A DNA stretch of 63,863 nt, the filler included, from Chiloscyllium plagiosum (lineage: Eukaryota): assembly GCF_004010195.1 (NCBI RefSeq). It is 7 parts of 7 records of this genome, joined end to end, with 100 filler letters (N's around TTAATTAATTAA, not from the genome) between each part and the next. Parts side by side here need not be neighbours in the genome. Positions count along the whole stretch, not along the records: positions 58,197 to 63,863 come from NW_025213369.1; 6 more parts are not named here. One strand, given 5' to 3'. Below the pieces are notes generated by a model. That model was given only the letters and a program-made list of their open reading frames with translations, was not told where the DNA came from and made no database searches. A program made the translations under genes and the position numbers. Shown piece by piece: positions 58,880 to 63,863 of the stretch (position 1 is its first letter; each line of letters starts with the position of its first letter).

Positions 58880-61005
58880 CAGCAAAAGAATCGTGAACCT
58901 GTGGAATTCTCCACCACAGAAATTGATTGAGGACAAAACATTAAATGATTTCAATAAGGAGATAGATTCCTTCAATCCTTAAAAAAGTGCTACGGATATG
59001 TGGGAGAAAGGGAAACAGGCTACAATATTGGTTGAAAGCCATGAATACATTGAATGGGGCATGGTTTGTAAGTTTGCACGTAACACCAACATTGGTGGTA
59101 TAATTGGCAGTGAAAGTCATCTAAACATACAATGAGATCTTGATCAGCTGGGCCAATGGGCTGAGGAGTGGCAGATGGAGTTTAATTTAATTGAATACGA
59201 AGTGTTGTTCTTTGAGAAGACAAATCAGGTCACAACTTAGAGTTAATGGTAGGGCATTGGATAGTGATGTAAAACACAGGGCCCTGAGATTCCAGACTCA
59301 TAGAGTCTTAGAGTTAATGGTAAGGCGCTGGGTAGTGATGTTGAACACTGAAGACCCTGAGGGTTCAGACTCATAGATTCCTGAAAGCGTCGTCTCAAGT
59401 ACCTAGTGTGTTGAAGGTGTTTGGCACATGTACCTTCATTGGTCAGAGCACTGAGTGCAGGAGTTAGGGCTTCATGTTGTAACTGTCCAAAACATTGGAA
59501 TGAACTGCCAGAGGAAGTGGTAAATGCAGAGATAAGTTCAACATTTAGAAGACATTTGAACAGCTACAGGAACTGGATAGGTCTGGATGGATATGGGCCA
59601 AAGGCAGGCAAGTGGAATTAGTTTAATTTGGGAACTCTGGTCAGCATGGATGAGCTGGACCAAAGGAACTGTTTCTGTGCTGTACGACTTTATGGCTCAC
59701 TGACTTTATGGTGGAGTAGGCTCAAAGTTGGAAGGTGGTGAGCAAGTGAGGGGCTAGATTGGGCATGTGGGAGAGTTTGGGCTGGTAGGCTGTGAGGTGT
59801 TGGCTGGCTGCTGGGTAAGCTTGCATGCACTCTGTCTGGCAAGGTGGCATCAAGGTAAATGGTAATGGTCACAGGATAATTTGTTCGAATTCTGCTTGGT
59901 AGGTGAGGGGTAGTTTGAGCTGAAATGCAGGAGGTCTGTCTTTGCCAGGTTGGTTTATGGAAAGGAGGGCAGGATGCCAGGCTGGTTAGTGTAGAGGTGG
60001 GCAGAGTGCCAGGATGTTTCGGGGGTGTAAGGTCACTTTAATGAAGTGACAGGTGGACGTGTTGTCAAAATGCAAAGCTCGGAGTCTGGCAAAATCGTCG
60101 GTGGTAAAGCACAGATGCGAAAGGAGCTAGGATGCAATGTGCACTGGTTGACTTGGATAAGATGAGAGGTCAGTGATCAAGGGCTGAGGTCATGTCTTGG
60201 GTAGTGGGCTTTTGTCTGAGGTTGTGAAAATGATGGTACCAGGTCCAGTCAGGGCCAGATTCACCATGGGCCAGGTGCAGGGCGGCAGGAGTGTAGATGA
60301 GTGAAAGGAATTGAGATCATATGTCCATCTGGAATATAGAATATAGAACATTACGGTGCAGTACAGGCCCTTCAGCCCTCAATGTTGCGCCTACCTGTGG
60401 AGCCAATCTGAAGCCTATCTATCTTACACTATTCCATTTTCATCCATTTGTTTAACCAATGACCTTTTAAATTCCCTTAATGTTGGCGAGTGTACTATTG
60501 TTGCAGGCAATGTGTTCCATGGCCCTACTACTCTCTGAGTAAAGAAACAACCTCTGACATCTGTCATCTATGTCCTCTCCTGCTAGCCATCACTATTCAA
60601 GGAAACAGACTTCCACTGTCCACCCTCTGTTTATCTTTTATATCTCAATTAAGTCACTTCTCAACCTTCTTCAGTCAAACAAAAACAGCCTCAAGACCCT
60701 CATCCTTTCCTCATTAAACCTTCCTGCCATACCAAACAACATCCTGGTAAACCTCCTCTGAACTCTTCCAAATCTTCCACATTCTTTCTATCATGTGGTG
60801 ACCAGAACAGTCCACAATACACCCAAGTGCAGCCACACCAGAGTTTTGTACAGCTGCTGCCTAACCTCGTGGTTCTGAAACTCAGTCCCTCTATCGATGA
60901 TAGCCAACACAAAGTATACCTTCTTAACAACTCTATCAAACTGGCTGGCAACTTTTAGGGATCTATGTGCATGGACACCGAGATCTCTCTGCTCAGCTAC
61001 ACTAC
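58880..61005. mobile_element. CR1 fragments in the presumed J-Cmu1 intron (+ ~58880-59695; - ~60335-61005)
   Basis: WAEEWQMEFN, AEQRDLGVHAHRSLKV and LYKTLV motifs. Confidence 0.75.
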
Positions 61006-61960
61006 CAATATGGATTGCCTTGGATGTGTTTCGTGTGATAGGGGTTGTGTGTTCCGGGCATGAATGGGTGTATAGCAGGGTAGGGTTTGTCAATGTGAGT
61101 GGGAATTTAGGTCTCGACAGAGTAAGTGCAGTGGTTAGTCTGAAAGATGATGTTTGCTGGTGAACTGCGTGTCAGTTTGATAGTTATTAAAGTTAAAGAT
61201 TACTTGTTCATTTCTCAAATCATATTTACATAAATACTCAGCTGTAACACTCCAAAGTCGCTGAACCTTAATGGTCCTCCAATTTTCAGAGGCCTCCAGA
61301 ATTCAGAGAATTGTAAATGAGATGTTTCAACTTCCAGACAATTGGCAAGAGTTCAGCCGTGACAGCCATCCTCCCCGTCCCAGTGCTCAGCTCCTGCCTG
61401 TCCTGCTGCGGCAGTGACCTTGCTCCCAGAGAGAACATTCTGCCTTGCATTGATAAGTGAGGAAGGCTCACTGGACCTGATTTCCAAATATGGGGACGGC
61501 AAACACAGTCAGGGTTAACTGTAGCATAATAGGGTAGGGGAATGGGTCTGGATGCGTTACTTTTCAGAGGGTGGGTGTGGACTTGTTGGGCCAAATGGCC
61601 TGTTTGCACACACTGTAGAATTTCGATGAATCTGCATTTCCTTGGTTTGTATTTTGTGAAACTTCTCTGCTCTTCACAGCAATCCAGTGAAAGTGTCCGT
61701 TGGTGAGATCTTCAAACAGTTACTGGGGTGGGATCAGGATGTTCTTCTTCCGAAATTATATGGCAATGGTCAAGGTCGAGGGCATGTTTCTAAAGAGTGA
61801 ACCAATGATCATGATCAGCAACTGGTAGGAAACAAAAATAAACCCCAGTTATGCTGTCGACTTCAGCGGGAGCATACTGGCAAACGTTTACAGCTGAGGA
61901 TACATTTGATAAGGTCAAATTAACAGAAACTAACATGCTCAATTGGTCATTCTGTTGTAG

Positions 61961-62266
61961 AGACACCATCTCCCCCCACGCTTTATGGCCTGGTCTCCTC
62001 CTGTCAGGAACACAACACCGGTTCTGCAATCTTTGGTTGTTTGGCGATGGACTATTCCCCTGACGTCACGAAAGTAACCTGGAAGAAAGGTGGGGAGCTA
62101 ATCACGACTGGATTGAAGACTTACCCATCAGTGAAAAACAAGAAGGGAACCTACACCCTGAGCAGCCAGTTAACCCTGCCCGAGTCAGCGGTAGGTTGCC
62201 CCAGCAAAATCTACTGTGAGGTTCAACACAGCGGGTCACACAAGAGCAAAGAAATGCCATGTCCAG
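61961..62266 (+). CDS. IGHM: IgM heavy chain Cmu1 exon
   Basis: [15 protein letters not shown]...[11 protein letters not shown]...WKK...[24 protein letters not shown]...IYCEVQH...MPCP. 306 nt, phase 1-1, tgttgtag acceptor, GTACGT donor. Confidence 0.93.
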
Positions 62267-62339
62267 GTACGTGTTGTGGGAACTGAGATAAACAGAGCAT
62301 CTGGGATTAATATGAATAAGGCATTATTTATAACCGTTT

Positions 62340-63863
62340 TCACAGAATCACCTTATACAGCACAGGAAAAAAAGCCCTTTGATCCATCCAGTTCATGCCT
62401 GTCAATAACAGCCACCTAACTATTCCAGTCTCATGTGCCAGCACATGATCCATTGCCTTGTGTGACTTGCCTTTGCAAGGATGCACCTCAATACTTCATA
62501 CTTATTATGAGGGGCTCAGTTTCTACATGACTTATAGGTGCTGAGCTCCAGGCTAACACCACCCTCTGTTTGATTTTGTTTTCCCCTGAGATCCACTTGG
62601 AACCTCCTGGCCTTACCTTCACCCTATGCCCCTGAGGCATTGTTCTCTCCATCAAGGGGAAAGGTTTCATTCAGTTTATCCTGTCTATGCCTAAAATAAT
62701 TCTAGACATCATGATCATCTTCTCCCTAATTCTCCTCTGCTCCAAGGAAAACCCCTGTCTACCTAATCTAGTTTCATAACTAAAACCCTCCAACCCAGGC
62801 AAGATCCTGGCAAATCTCATCAATACTGCCTTCAGTGTAAACACATTCCTTCCATAACATGCACACAACGCTTCAGTATGGTCTAACCAGTGTTCTATTA
62901 AGTTCCAGTATCATCTCACCACTCTTCATTGTCAATGTCTAGGCTAATAAAAGCAAATATCCTCCCACTTTCTTAGCCTCTTTATCCAGACAACACAGTT
63001 CTGTAGGGGTTCGGTGGGTACATGCACCAAAGATCCTCAGGCCTTTCCAGGGTTCCACCATTCAAAACGTCATACTTCACAGATTCTTCTTCCGAATTAC
63101 ATCACCGTACAATAATCCAGAATAATTTCCATTTGCAACTTCTCTTCACAAAGAACCAATCCTTGTATATCCTCTTGCAATCTAAAGCCATTTTGCTCAT
63201 GACTTACCAACATGACTGTTTTCATTTCATCTATGAATTTACTGGTTAATCCTGCTCAATTGGAGTCTCAATCATTGGTATGTAAGAGAAATAGCAAGGT
63301 AATCATCACCAATCCCTACAGAACACCAGGAGACATAGATTTCCAGTCACGCAGACACCCGATGACTATTATCCTCTGCTCGCACCACTCAGCCAGTTCT
63401 AGATCCAATCTGTCAAATTAACTCGGATCCCATTGGTTCTGATTATTGCTATCATCTGGACATCGAGTTGTCTCTCTGAAACCTACTATCAAATTGTTAC
63501 ACATGACTTCTCTCAATAAAACCGTGCTGAAAATTGTTGATTTATCTTCCAAATTAAGACTAATTTCACTTCTCAATAGTTTCCTACCACTAAGACTAGC
63601 TTGACTGATCTGTGTTTTCATTATTTATCCCTTCCTTCGTCCTGCATAACAGTGCAACGTTGGCTGATCTACACTCACTTGGCTCAACTGCTGTGGCCAG
63701 ACATGAATTCTAAATTATTGTCAGCGACCCAACTATTTCATCCTTTGCATCGCTCAACCGCTTGGTCTACTTTTCATCTGCCCTGGAAATATAAACACTT
63801 TTCATTCAGCAAGACAAAACAGAACATCACATCATGTGTCCTAATTTCTGAAAACTACATCAC
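62340..63863 (-). mobile_element. Old, highly degenerate CR1 LINE
   Basis: RILPGLEGFSYETRLGR...SLEQRRIR remnants. Confidence 0.6.

Noticed and set aside
58197-61960. JH segment upstream of Cmu1
   Set aside because: No WGxG motif with RSS and donor was found; it presumably lies beyond the segment edge.
49610-63863. An interleaved IgH-IgL locus (Cmu3-4, C-kappa, Cmu3-4, V-kappa, Cmu1)
   Set aside because: Each piece is separated by an artificial spacer, so order and linkage are not biological evidence.

Overview
This is cartilaginous-fish (shark) genomic DNA. The IgM and kappa sequences and the HE1-type SINEs suggest a carpet or bamboo shark. The window is not one contiguous locus: six identical 100-bp spacers (44 N + TTAATTAATTAA + 44 N) join seven segments (A 1-18752, B 18853-49509, C 49610-51878, D 51979-53553, E 53654-56117, F 56218-58096, G 58197-63863), so linkage across them cannot be inferred. 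Most of the DNA is decayed CR1/L2/Tx1/Rex LINEs, tRNA-derived SINEs, probable solo LTRs and satellites. Genes by segment: (A) a leader exon plus a single-exon, pre-joined VJ-type TCR-like V domain, with downstream exons cut off; (B) an apparently complete three-coding-exon minus-strand gene for a 163-aa single B7/butyrophilin-like IgV protein with an extra Cys pair and a GPI-signal-like tail, plus a candidate promoter and non-coding first exon; (C, E) two paralogous IgM Cmu3-Cmu4/secretory exon pairs; (D) a frameshifted Ig kappa C exon; (F) a leaderless V-kappa with a perfect 12-RSS; (G) an IgM Cmu1 exon. Several palindromic or Penelope-like repeats carry minimal hammerhead-ribozyme cores with covarying stems. 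All calls come from reading the sequence by eye. No database searches were run, and repeat boundaries are approximate.
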